Shown here piece after piece: positions 50,820 through 59,674 of a stretch of 64,000 nucleotides of DNA. Under the pieces are notes generated by a model. The model was not told the DNA's origin. It did no database searches and saw nothing but the letters and a program-made list of their open reading frames with translations. The stretch spans positions 364,875-428,874 of the forward strand of contig CAWCUY010000014.1 of assembly GCA_963798895.1 (NCBI GenBank). The letters run 5' to 3'. Position numbers and translations under genes: made by a program. The DNA comes from an uncultured Trueperaceae bacterium (lineage in GTDB: Bacteria > Deinococcota > Deinococci > Deinococcales > Trueperaceae). Within the stretch, counting starts at the first letter, position 1, and the number at the start of each line of letters is the position of its first letter.

Positions 50820-51572
50820 CTACCTCCTGCCGCGCGTCCGTCGCGCCGCGCCCAGCCCGTGACTGATCCGGTCGGCGCATGCCCGCAGCGTCGGCACCAG
50901 GTCCCGCTGCCGCTCGGCCGTGATGAACTGCGTCGCGCCGCTCAGGCTCACCGCCGCGACCACCGCGTCGGCGGCGTCCACCACCGGGGCGGCCAGGCAA
51001 CGGATGCCGATCTCGTTCTCCTCCCGGTCGAAGGCGTACCCCTGCGCGCGAACGTCGTCCAGCTCCGCCAGGATCGCGTCGGGATCGGTGATCGAATAGT
51101 GTGTGCGCGGCTCGAGCCGCAGCAGCCGTCCGCGCGCCTCGCGGGGCGGCAGCGCCGCCAGCAGCACCTTCCCCATGGCGGTCGTCTGCGCCGGGGAGCG
51201 CAGCCCGACGTACGACGCCATCCGCAGGCCCCGCCCCCCGTCGACCTTCTCCAGGTACACCACGTGCGAGCCGTCCAGCTCGCCCAGGTGGACCGTCTCC
51301 GAGGTCTCCTCGGACAGCCGCATCATCGCGTCCCGCGCCACGTGCGGGAGCCTGAGCTCGCGCTTGACGCGCTCCCCCAGGTCCAGCAGCTTGTAGCCCA
51401 GCAGGTAGTCGTGGCCGTCGTGCCGCAGGTAGCCCCCTTCCAGCAGCGACTTCGCCAGCCTGTGCACGGTGCTCTTGGGCATGCTGCTGCGCTCCGCCAG
51501 GTCGTTCAGCGTGCGGGCACCGTCCGCCACCAGCTCCAGGATGGCGAGCGTCTTCTCGCTCGAACGGCTCAT
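50820..51572 (-). CDS. IclR-family transcriptional regulator
   Basis: N-terminal winged helix-turn-helix (TLNDLAERSSMPKSTVHRLAKSL) plus an IclR effector domain; divergent from the plus-strand catabolic operon. Confidence 0.85.
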   Translation of the reverse strand: MSRSSEKTLAILELVADGARTLNDLAERSSMPKSTVHRLAKSLLEGGYLRHDGHDYLLGYKLLDLGERVKRELRLPHVARDAMMRLSEETSETVHLGELDGSHVVYLEKVDGGRGLRMASYVGLRSPAQTTAMGKVLLAALPPREARGRLLRLEPRTHYSITDPDAILAELDDVRAQGYAFDREENEIGIRCLAAPVVDAADAVVAAVSLSGATQFITAERQRDLVPTLRACADRISHGLGAARRTRGRR

Positions 51573-51949
51573 CGTCCTCGCTCCCCGTCGCGTCGGATTC
51601 GCACGCGCGTCCTTCCCCCCCGTGGCCCGGCTCGTTCGCGTCGCTCGTGTCGACCGCGGCGTCGACGCAGGGTCGCCACCACCAACCGTTCCACATCTTG
51701 GAATCGTGTCCCGTATATTGACACGTTTTTCCGGCCGTGGCTATAGTGGCCCTACCGACAACCGATCATCGCATCCACCTGCGCCGGTTCGTGGCGCCCG
51801 TCGGTGCACCGACCCCAAGCCTCGGCACCCCGGCGGACGAACCGCGACCGGACGACGCCACGCGAACCCCAACGATCCCCGCTCCCACGCCCGCCGCGCC
51901 GTACCCCCCGCGCCCCCTGCGCGGACCGCCCCGCCCCCTGGGAGATCCC

Positions 51950-52999
51950 GTGAGCCACGCCACACCGACTCGCCCCCTCACGCGTCCGGACGTCCGCGCC
52001 CTGCTCGCCGCGCAGCCGCGCGTCAGCGTCGCCACCCTGCCCACCCCATTGCACGAGGCCGCGCGCCTGCGCGAGGAGCTCGGCGGCCCGCGCATCTTCC
52101 TCAAGCGCGAGGACATGACCGGCTACGCCTTCGGGGGCAACAAGACGCGCAACCTCGAGTTCCGCCTCGCGCACGCCGTGGCCGAGCGCGCCGACGTGCT
52201 GATCATGGCCCTCGAGATCACCTCGAACTCGGCGCGGCAGACGGTGGCGGCCGCCAACAAGCTGGGCATGCGAACGGTGCTGGTGCTGCGCGGCGAGAGG
52301 CCCGCCACCATCCAGGGCAACCTCCTCGTCAACTACCTGCTGGGCGCCGAGGTGAACTACGCCGCCGACGGTGACGAGCGCGAACGCATCATCGCCGAGG
52401 TCGCCGAGCGCGTACGCGCCTCGGGCCGCAAGCCGATGGTCCTCACCAGCGAGCCCATCTTCGACATCGGCTCGGCGCTCGCCTACCTCGAGTGCTCGGT
52501 CGAGCTGCTCGACCAGCTCGAGGCGCAGGGCGCCAGCCCCGACTTCCTGTACATGACCTCGGGCGGCAAGGGGCAGGCCGGCCTGGTGCTCGCCCAGAAG
52601 CTGCTCGACGCCCCCTACGCCGTCCACGGCGTGACCGTCAGCTACGAGTACGACGTCCCACCGCGCACCGCGCGTATTGCCACCGACGCCGCCCGCCACC
52701 TAGGCCTCGACCTTACGGTCGAGCCCTCCGACGTCGTCAACTTCGCCGACTTCGTCGGTCCCGGCTACGGTATCCCCACCGACGACGCCTACGCCGCCAT
52801 GGAGCTCATGGCGCGGACCGAGGGGGTGATCCTCGACCCGATCTACACCGGCAAGTGCTTCGCCCAGCTCGTCCACCACGTGCGGACGGGCGTCATCGCG
52901 GAGGACGCCACCGTCGTCTTCATCCACACCGGCGGCACGCCCGCCATCTTCTCCCACGCCGAGGCGATCCTCGCGCACCTCGACGCCGCCCGCCCGTAA
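51950..52999 (+). CDS. PLP-dependent ACC deaminase / D-cysteine desulfhydrase family enzyme
   Basis: Fold-type II PLP family (KREDMTGYAFGGNKTRNLEF...); start set at a GTG preceded by GGGAGA, discarding about 70 aa of Pro-rich upstream frame. Confidence 0.78.
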   Translation: MSHATPTRPLTRPDVRALLAAQPRVSVATLPTPLHEAARLREELGGPRIFLKREDMTGYAFGGNKTRNLEFRLAHAVAERADVLIMALEITSNSARQTVAAANKLGMRTVLVLRGERPATIQGNLLVNYLLGAEVNYAADGDERERIIAEVAERVRASGRKPMVLTSEPIFDIGSALAYLECSVELLDQLEAQGASPDFLYMTSGGKGQAGLVLAQKLLDAPYAVHGVTVSYEYDVPPRTARIATDAARHLGLDLTVEPSDVVNFADFVGPGYGIPTDDAYAAMELMARTEGVILDPIYTGKCFAQLVHHVRTGVIAEDATVVFIHTGGTPAIFSHAEAILAHLDAARP

Positions 53000-53025
53000 C
53001 GCCCCCACCCAAGGAGGAGGACCCC

Positions 53026-54639
53026 GTGACACGACCGCTCCACGCCGCCACCACCCTCGCCAGACGCCTGCTGCTCACGCTGCTGCTCATCGCCGGCGCG
53101 GCCACCGCGCTCGCCCAGGACGGAGGCAAGACCCTCACGTTCGCGCAAAGCGTGGCCGTGACCGACCTCGGGCCCGCCTACGGCGCGTTCCTCAACTACC
53201 CGGCAGGGTACGAGGTCGCCTTCGTGCTGTACGACCGCCTGGTCACCTTCGACCCCGAGCTGAACATCGTCCCGCAGCTCGCCACCTCGTGGGAGACCTC
53301 GGAGGACGGCCGCACCTGGACCTTCCACCTGCGTGAGGGCGTGACCTTCCACGACGGCACGCCGTTCAACGCCGACGCCGTCAAGTTCAACGTCGAGCGC
53401 ATGCTCGACCCCGAGCGCAACACCACCAACCGGCCCATCTGGAGCCCCATCTCGGGCGCGAACGTAGTCGACGACCTGACGGTCCAGATCACCACCACCG
53501 AGCCCTACGCCATGCTCCTGAACACCCTGGCGCACGGCTCGGGCGCGATGGTCAGCCCCACCGCGATCGAGAAGAACGGCGACGAGAGCATGACCACCAA
53601 CCCGGTGGGGGCGGGACCCTACATGCTCGAGTCGTTCAACCCCGGCCAGGAGGTCGTGCTCAAGGCCTACGACGGGTACTGGGGCGGCAAGCCGGCGCTC
53701 GACCGGATCGTATTCCAGTACGTGCCCGAGGCCTCGACCCGCGTCTCCGCCCTGCGCTCGGGCAAGGTCGACGTGATCGACTCCGTGTCGCCGCAGCTGG
53801 CGCAGTCGCTCGAGAGCGACCCCAACGTGACCGTCCTGTCCAAGCCCGGGCTGCGTCCCATGGGCTTCGCGATCATGATGAACCACCCGCCGCTGGACGA
53901 TCCGGCCGTGCGCCAGGCGCTCAACTACGCCACCCCGCGGGAGGCCATCGCAGACAAGATCTTCCGCGGCTACGCCCAGAACTCCGATTCCCCGCTGGCC
54001 TTCAACACCTTCGGCCACAAGAGCATCGGCGGCTACGAGTACGACCCCGAGAAGGCCAAGAGCATGCTGGCCGACGCCGGCTGGACCGACAGCAACGGCG
54101 ACGGCGTGCTCGACAAGGACGGCAAGGACCTGAAGCTGACGATGTACACGCCCGAGGGGCTGTTCCCCGCCGATGTCGACATCGCCGAGGTGACGGCCAA
54201 GTCGCTGCAGGACATCGGCATCGGCGTCGACATCGTCAAGATCGAGAAGGGCGGCTACTGGGACACGCTGCGCCTGCCGCGTGACGAGCTGAAGTGGGAC
54301 ATCGCCATGTTCGGCTTCAACCCGTCGAACGCTGGCGGCACCTACCACATGGACTCGCTCTTCAGCGCCAACCCCGACCCGGCCGCGACGCCGGTGGCGT
54401 GGAACATCACCCGCTACGACAACGCCGAGGTGACCGACCTCATCGACCAGGCCAAGGTCACGATCGACCCGACGAAGCGCGCCGACCTGCTGGGCCGCGC
54501 GCAGGAGATGGTGTGGAACGACGCGCCCTACATCTGGCTGCAGGTGAACGAGGTCGTCTCGGCCACGCGCAGCGACGTGTCGGGCGTCGAGGTGTGGCCC
54601 ATCATCTTCACGGTCGTGCGCAACGCCACCAAGCCGTAA
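53026..54639 (+). CDS. ABC transporter substrate-binding protein, family 5 (peptide/opine/nickel type)
   Basis: GTG start preceded by AAGGAGGAGG; signal peptide; SBP_bac_5 fold. Confidence 0.85.
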   Translation: MTRPLHAATTLARRLLLTLLLIAGAATALAQDGGKTLTFAQSVAVTDLGPAYGAFLNYPAGYEVAFVLYDRLVTFDPELNIVPQLATSWETSEDGRTWTFHLREGVTFHDGTPFNADAVKFNVERMLDPERNTTNRPIWSPISGANVVDDLTVQITTTEPYAMLLNTLAHGSGAMVSPTAIEKNGDESMTTNPVGAGPYMLESFNPGQEVVLKAYDGYWGGKPALDRIVFQYVPEASTRVSALRSGKVDVIDSVSPQLAQSLESDPNVTVLSKPGLRPMGFAIMMNHPPLDDPAVRQALNYATPREAIADKIFRGYAQNSDSPLAFNTFGHKSIGGYEYDPEKAKSMLADAGWTDSNGDGVLDKDGKDLKLTMYTPEGLFPADVDIAEVTAKSLQDIGIGVDIVKIEKGGYWDTLRLPRDELKWDIAMFGFNPSNAGGTYHMDSLFSANPDPAATPVAWNITRYDNAEVTDLIDQAKVTIDPTKRADLLGRAQEMVWNDAPYIWLQVNEVVSATRSDVSGVEVWPIIFTVVRNATKP

Positions 54640-54651
54640 CCTCTCGCCTTC

Positions 54652-54690
54652 ATGCTCCGGGCTCCCGCGCCACGCGGGAGCCCGGAGCAT
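54652..54690. promoter_or_regulatory. Perfect 18-bp-stem hairpin between the SBP and permease genes
   Basis: Sequence ATGCTCCGGGCTCCCGCG-CCA-CGCGGGAGCCCGGAGCAT. Confidence 0.6.
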
Positions 54691-54702
54691 GACGAAGGAC
54701 CC

Positions 54703-55623
54703 ATGCTGACCTACGCGCTCTGGCGCCTCGCCAGGATCCTCCCCGTGGCCCTCATCGTGGTCACGCTCATCTTCTTCCTGTTCCGCATGGTCCCCGGCGA
54801 TCCGGCGCGCGCCATCGCCGGGCCGCAGGCGTACGAGGACGCCATCGAGCAGATCCGCCACGAGCTCGGCCTGGACCGACCGCTGCTCGTGCAGTACGGC
54901 GAATACATCGCCGGTATCTTCCGCGGCGACCTCGGCTACTCCGGCATCTACCGCGGCAACACCGCCCCCGTCATCCTCCAGCACCTCCCGCCCACCCTGG
55001 CGCTGCTCGGCGCCGCCATGCTCCTCACCGTGCTGGTGGGGATCCCGTCTGGCGTGCTGGCGGCGGTCTTCCGCAACGGCCCCATCGACTACGCGATCAG
55101 CTTCTTCGTCGTGAGCATGCTCTCCGTCCCCAACTTCTGGCTCGGGATGATGCTCATCACGCTGTTCTCGGTCACGTACCGGGTGCTGCCGTCGTACGGT
55201 TTCGACAGCTGGACCGCCCTGGTGCTTCCCACCGTCGCGGTAAGCGCGAGGCTGGTCGCGGTGATCACGCGCATGATGCGTTCGAGCATGCTCGAGGTGC
55301 TGGGCCTCGACTACGTCCGCACCGCCCGCGCGAAGGGGCTGGCCGGGGGCGGCGTGGTCCTGAAGCACGCCATGCGCAACGCGCTCGTGCCCACCATCAC
55401 CACGCTGGGCTTGCAGGCGGGCTACCTGCTGGGCGGCTCCATCGTCATCGAGCGGCTGTTCGCCTGGCCCGGCGTCGGGCAGCTCATGATCAACTCGGTG
55501 GGCCTGCGCGACTTCAACATGGTGCAGGGCATCACCATCGTGTTCTCCGTCGGCTTCCTGCTCATCAACCTGCTCGTCGACCTCATCTACGCGTGGGCGA
55601 ACCCGCGCATCCAGTACGCATGA
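54703..55623 (+). CDS. ABC transporter permease (DppB/OppB-like)
   Basis: 6-TM BPD_transp_1 domain; GAAGGA ribosome-binding site. Confidence 0.85.
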   Translation: MLTYALWRLARILPVALIVVTLIFFLFRMVPGDPARAIAGPQAYEDAIEQIRHELGLDRPLLVQYGEYIAGIFRGDLGYSGIYRGNTAPVILQHLPPTLALLGAAMLLTVLVGIPSGVLAAVFRNGPIDYAISFFVVSMLSVPNFWLGMMLITLFSVTYRVLPSYGFDSWTALVLPTVAVSARLVAVITRMMRSSMLEVLGLDYVRTARAKGLAGGGVVLKHAMRNALVPTITTLGLQAGYLLGGSIVIERLFAWPGVGQLMINSVGLRDFNMVQGITIVFSVGFLLINLLVDLIYAWANPRIQYA

Positions 55624-56582
55624 CGCCCGACCCGAGCTTGCCCGGCGGCGGCTCCGCCGACCCCGCCGGGCCGGCCGGGGACGGTTCCGTGAACGCGGTC
55701 CCCCACGGCGCGGCGGCCGCCACCGTAGCGCCCGCCATCCGCGGCCCGCGGCCCCGCTGGCGACGCACGCTGCGACGCGCGCTGCGCAACCCCAACCTGA
55801 TGTTCGGGGCGGCGGTGCTGCTGCTCTACCTGGTGCTTGCGTTGCTCGGTCCCGCCCTCGCGCCCTACGGCGTCGACGACCAGGACCTGTTCAGCTCGCT
55901 CATCGGCCCCACCCGGGAGCACCTGCTGGGCACCGACTCGATCGGCCGCGACCTGCTCAGCCGCGTCATCGTGGGCACGCGCTACTCGCTCTCGATCGCG
56001 GTGCTGTCGGTGCTGTTCGGTTCGCTGCTGGGGATCCCGGTGGGGCTGCTGGCCGGCTTCTTCGGCGGCCGCACCGACTCGCTGCTGATGGGCTTCATCG
56101 ACATCCTCCTCACCATCCCGGTCATCGTGCTGGCCATCGCCATCGTCACGGTGATGGGACCCGGCATGGTCGGCCTCGTCACCGCCATCGCCATCAGCTT
56201 CGCGCCGCGCCTGGCGCGCCTGACACGCGGCAGGGTGTTCGAGGTGAAGGAGGAGGTGTTCGTCAGCGCCGCCACCGCCCTGGGCGGCAGCGTGATACGC
56301 ATCCTTGGCCGGCACGTGCTGCCGAACGCGTTCGCGCCGCTCATCATCGAGATCACCCTGCGCGCCGGCCAGGCGGTGCTGGTGGGCGCGGCCCTGGGCT
56401 TCCTCGGGCTGGGCGTGCAGCCCCCCACCCCCGAGTGGGGCACCATGCTCAGCCGCGGTCGCGAGTACCTCGAGATCGCGCCGCACGTGGTGGTGGCCCC
56501 CGGGCTCGCCATCTCGCTGCTGGTGCTCGGATTCAACCTGTTCGGCGACGGCCTGCGCGACGCGTGGGACCCGAGCCGCTGA
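55620..56582 (+). CDS. ABC transporter permease (DppC/OppC-like)
   Basis: ATG overlaps the upstream stop (ATGA); N-terminal extension followed by the permease core. Confidence 0.85.
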   Translation: MTPDPSLPGGGSADPAGPAGDGSVNAVPHGAAAATVAPAIRGPRPRWRRTLRRALRNPNLMFGAAVLLLYLVLALLGPALAPYGVDDQDLFSSLIGPTREHLLGTDSIGRDLLSRVIVGTRYSLSIAVLSVLFGSLLGIPVGLLAGFFGGRTDSLLMGFIDILLTIPVIVLAIAIVTVMGPGMVGLVTAIAISFAPRLARLTRGRVFEVKEEVFVSAATALGGSVIRILGRHVLPNAFAPLIIEITLRAGQAVLVGAALGFLGLGVQPPTPEWGTMLSRGREYLEIAPHVVVAPGLAISLLVLGFNLFGDGLRDAWDPSR

Positions 56583-56618
56583 CGCGCCCGGACGTCCCGG
56601 GGCCTGGAGGGCCACCCC

Positions 56619-57767
56619 ATGATCCACGTCTCCCGCTTCGAGCGCCCCTTCCGCGTGATCGACGCCCACGCGCACGTGCTGCCCTACTTCGGCAGCGCCG
56701 CCGGCTTCGCCTCGCCGGAGGAGCACCACCTCTACATGCAGCGCGCGATGCACACGCACGGCTCGCAACCGGTGCGGCGCGCGCGCGACCACGCGGTGGT
56801 GCGCGAGCCGACGCTGTGGGACCCCGACGACCCCACGCCGGGGGGCCGCTACGACGTCGACTTCCGGGTGGGCCGCAACGGCCGCTTCGAGTGGACGAAG
56901 GACGGCGAGGACTACTACCTGCAGTTCATGCCCGTCACGCTGCAGACGATGGAGGCGCCCGTCCAGTTCCATGTCGACCAGATGGACGCCGTCGGGGTGG
57001 ACGCGTCGGTGCTGCAGAACGACCACATCTACGGCAGCCTCAACGCGTTCTTCGCCGACGCCGTGGCGCAGCACCCGCAGCGCTTCCTCGGCTGCATCCA
57101 GGTGGAGGAGGCGCGCGCCTTCGAAGACGCGCAGATCGCGCGGCTGCGGCGCGGGGTGGAGGAGCAGGGCCTGCGCGGCCTGTACTTCACCACCAGCACG
57201 TTCTTCACGACCGGCTACCGGCCGTACTACGACGAGGCGGTCTTCGAGCCGTTCTGGCGCGAGGTCGAGGCGCTCGACCTGCCGGTCTTCTGGGTGTTCC
57301 CCACCTCGGGGCCGATCGGCGATTTCGCGGAGGAGATGCGCCGCTTCCGCGGTTGGTACGAGCGCCATCCCGCGCTGCGCTCCGTGCTCGTCCATGGGGT
57401 GCCCGACCCGCCCTTCCTGGACCCCGAAGGGCGATTGGCGCTGGCGCCGTGGATGGTGGAGCTGTTCGAGGCGTTCCCGCTGTACGCGGAGATCCTCTAC
57501 CCGCTGCGGTGGGGCGGCGTGTGGGACTACCCCTACCCCCAGGCGTTCGACCGGATCCGGATGTACCGCGACATGCTCGGGAGCGAGCGCCTGGTGTGGG
57601 GCTCGGACATGCCCAACGTGGAGCGCTACTGCAGCTATCGCCAGGCCCTCACCTACCTGACGGAGTACTGCGACTTCCTGTCCGAGGAGGAGCTGCGCCG
57701 CATCCTGTCGGAGAACGCGCTGTCGCTCTTCCGCGATCCGTTCCCGCGGGCGGGGGGCGCACCGTGA
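56619..57767 (+). CDS. Amidohydrolase-2 family (TIM-barrel metal-dependent hydrolase/decarboxylase)
   Basis: N-terminal IDAHAHV metal-binding motif; 382 aa. Confidence 0.72.
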   Translation: MIHVSRFERPFRVIDAHAHVLPYFGSAAGFASPEEHHLYMQRAMHTHGSQPVRRARDHAVVREPTLWDPDDPTPGGRYDVDFRVGRNGRFEWTKDGEDYYLQFMPVTLQTMEAPVQFHVDQMDAVGVDASVLQNDHIYGSLNAFFADAVAQHPQRFLGCIQVEEARAFEDAQIARLRRGVEEQGLRGLYFTTSTFFTTGYRPYYDEAVFEPFWREVEALDLPVFWVFPTSGPIGDFAEEMRRFRGWYERHPALRSVLVHGVPDPPFLDPEGRLALAPWMVELFEAFPLYAEILYPLRWGGVWDYPYPQAFDRIRMYRDMLGSERLVWGSDMPNVERYCSYRQALTYLTEYCDFLSEEELRRILSENALSLFRDPFPRAGGAP

Positions 57768-58228
57768 GTGCGCGCGAGCGCCTGGCGTCGATGGGGCTCA
57801 CGCTGCCACAACCCCCGAACCCGGTCGCGACGTACCTGCCCGTGGTCGTGGTCGACGGCCTGGCGTACGTCTCGGGCCAGGGCCCGACGCGCAACGGGGA
57901 GCCCGTGGTGCGCGGCAAGGTGGGGGCCGAGGTGAGCCTGGAGGAGGGCTACGAAGCCGCCAGGCTGTGCGCGCTGAACGCGCTGGCGGCGCTCGAGGAC
58001 GCGCTGGGCTCGCTGGAGCGCATCGAGCGCTTCGTGAAGCTGCTCGGGTTCGTGGCGAGCGCGCCCGGCTTCGGCGAGCAGCCGCGCGTGATCAACGGCG
58101 CGTCGGACCTGCTGGTCGAGATCTTCGGCGAGGCGGGCAGGCACGCGCGCAGCGCCTTGGGCACGAGCCAACTGCCCTTCGACATCCCCGTCGAGATCGA
58201 GCTCCTCGTGAGGGTACGCGGGCGTTGA
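57764..58228 (+). CDS. ridA: RidA/YjgF family reactive enamine/imine deaminase
   Basis: ATYLPVVVVDGLAYVSGQGP and C-terminal RSALGTSQLPFDIPVEIE signatures; GTG overlaps the upstream stop. Confidence 0.85.
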   Translation: MSARERLASMGLTLPQPPNPVATYLPVVVVDGLAYVSGQGPTRNGEPVVRGKVGAEVSLEEGYEAARLCALNALAALEDALGSLERIERFVKLLGFVASAPGFGEQPRVINGASDLLVEIFGEAGRHARSALGTSQLPFDIPVEIELLVRVRGR

Positions 58229-58389
58229 GCGTTCACCGCGGCGTCGGTCGCGTGTGGGTGCCGCTGGGCGCGCTCATCGGCCGCGTCCGCGGTCGGGCGT
58301 TCGCCGTGGCCGGCCGATAGGGAAGACGCGTACCGCCGACGCGCCGGCACGGCTTGCACGAGGTCACGAGAAAGATCCTCGTGAACATC

Positions 58390-58521
58390 CTGCCGTCGAC
58401 CCTGCCGTCGACCCTGCCGTCGAAGCTGGCGTCTATGCCGGCGTTCGCGCTGCCGTCGACGTTGCCGTCGACGCCCGCGTTGACGCCCGCGTTGACGCCC
58501 GAGTTGACGCTGGCGTTGCGG
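58390..58521. repeat. About eleven tandem copies of a 12-bp unit (CTGCCGTCGACC drifting to CCCGCGTTGACG)
   Basis: Direct reading of the sequence; the array lies between the ridA and APH gene ends. Confidence 0.7.
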
Positions 58522-58548
58522 GTGCCGGCGGGGTCTGCGGGCCCGGGG

Positions 58549-59574
58549 CTAGCCCGCGAGTCCGGAGCGGAGGGCGCCGAACGCGGTCCTGACGTCCGGC
58601 GTGCGTTCGTGCGGGGCCCGGATGTGGGTGATGGCGGTGGAAACGTCCGTGAGGGTCCATCGGTCGCGGTAGTGCTGGAGGGTGTGGACGTCGACGCGCG
58701 AGCTGCCGGCGCTGGCGAGGTAGGCGCGGACGGCAACGAGGTCCTCGCCGCGCAGTGGGCTTCTGAGGATGTGGTGCAGGTCGCGCTCGGGTGGGGCGAG
58801 TAGCACGGTATCCCAATCCACGAGGTGGCGGTTGCCGTCGGCGGAGCGCAGGACGTTGCCGGGGTGGGGCTCCCCGTGCGTCACGACCCAGCGTGTGTCG
58901 TCGAGCGCCAGGGGGCGGGAGCGAGCGTCGTACGCGCGGAGGCGTCGCTCGAGGGCCCCGCGGCGAGCGAGCAGCAGCGCGCGCGCCGGTTCCGCGAAGG
59001 GGCCGCTCGGCCAGGGATGGCCGAGGTCCGCCAGCGCCGCCTCGAGCGGCTCCCGCGCTTGGAGCGCGAAGTCCTCGCGCGCAGGGAGCGTCAGGCCGGC
59101 TCCCGCCAGCGCCGCCGTGGCCGCATGGAGCCGGCCGACCAGTTCGGCCAGGAGTCGCCGCTCCGATGCGTCGCGTGGGGCCCCGAAGGTGCCGGCCCTG
59201 CCGTCCACCCACGGCTGCAACGACACGGCGAAGCGCGGCCCGAGTCGACGCACGACGCTTCCGCCTGCGCCGCGCACGGGGGCCGTGACGAACGGCAACG
59301 CCGTCCCAACGGCGGGGTCGCGAAGCGCCACCGCGACGGCGAACGCCCGCTCGAGCGCCGCGAAGGCGCTGTCCGGATCCGGCGCCGCCTGGACCGGCGC
59401 GTCGAGATCGTGGACGGTGACGAAACGGGGCTGGCCGCGCTCGTCGAGGGCCCGCCAGTGGTGGCCCCCGAACCCGACGGGTAGGTAGTGCAGGTCGTGC
59501 ACCGCCAGGCCCCAGCCCGCCGCGAGCGCTGCGGCGAGGTCGGCGGGCGAGAGCTCCGGTGGCGGCGTGTTCAT
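58549..59574 (-). CDS. Phosphotransferase enzyme family protein (APH / aminoglycoside-kinase-like fold)
   Basis: 341 aa; the HGEPHPGNVL...VDWDT catalytic-loop region is typical of the APH/ChoK kinase family. Confidence 0.72.
   Translation of the reverse strand: MNTPPPELSPADLAAALAAGWGLAVHDLHYLPVGFGGHHWRALDERGQPRFVTVHDLDAPVQAAPDPDSAFAALERAFAVAVALRDPAVGTALPFVTAPVRGAGGSVVRRLGPRFAVSLQPWVDGRAGTFGAPRDASERRLLAELVGRLHAATAALAGAGLTLPAREDFALQAREPLEAALADLGHPWPSGPFAEPARALLLARRGALERRLRAYDARSRPLALDDTRWVVTHGEPHPGNVLRSADGNRHLVDWDTVLLAPPERDLHHILRSPLRGEDLVAVRAYLASAGSSRVDVHTLQHYRDRWTLTDVSTAITHIRAPHERTPDVRTAFGALRSGLAG
58668..58957. repeat. Direct-repeat copy 2, the intact copy lying inside the APH coding sequence
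   Basis: About 95% identical to 49651-49936. Confidence 0.85.
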
Positions 59575-59674
59575 GACGTGGTGTTCATGAAAGCGCTCCC
59601 GACGGCGTGTTCATCAGGGCGTGTTCATGACGTGGTTGCTCATGACAGTGCTCACGACGGCGTGCTCATGACGG
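59565..59674 (-). repeat. About seven reiterations of the APH start region (GYGYTCATGA on plus; ATGAACACGCC-like on minus), forming a chain of tiny uORFs
   Basis: Reading the minus strand gives ATGAGCACGCCGTCGTGA, ATGAGCAAC...TGA, ATGAACACGCCGTCG...TGA and ATGAACACCACGTCATGA, and then the real ATGAACACGCCGCCACCG of the APH gene. Confidence 0.55.

Noticed and set aside
52843-55368. 841-aa minus-strand ORF
   Set aside because: It runs antisense to the ABC SBP and permease genes, which have strong ribosome-binding sites and clear family signatures.
58354-58803. 149-aa plus-strand ORF encoding an (LPST)n repeat
   Set aside because: It is generated by the 12-bp minisatellite and overlaps the APH 3' end. 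No start context supports it, so it is treated as non-coding.
59574-59575. Label-versus-tool coordinate drift
   Set aside because: Hand-indexed positions occasionally disagreed with tool ORF ends by 1-3 nt, for example at the ftsW/murG and mraY/murD junctions. Tool coordinates were trusted, so re-called internal starts may be off by up to 3 nt.
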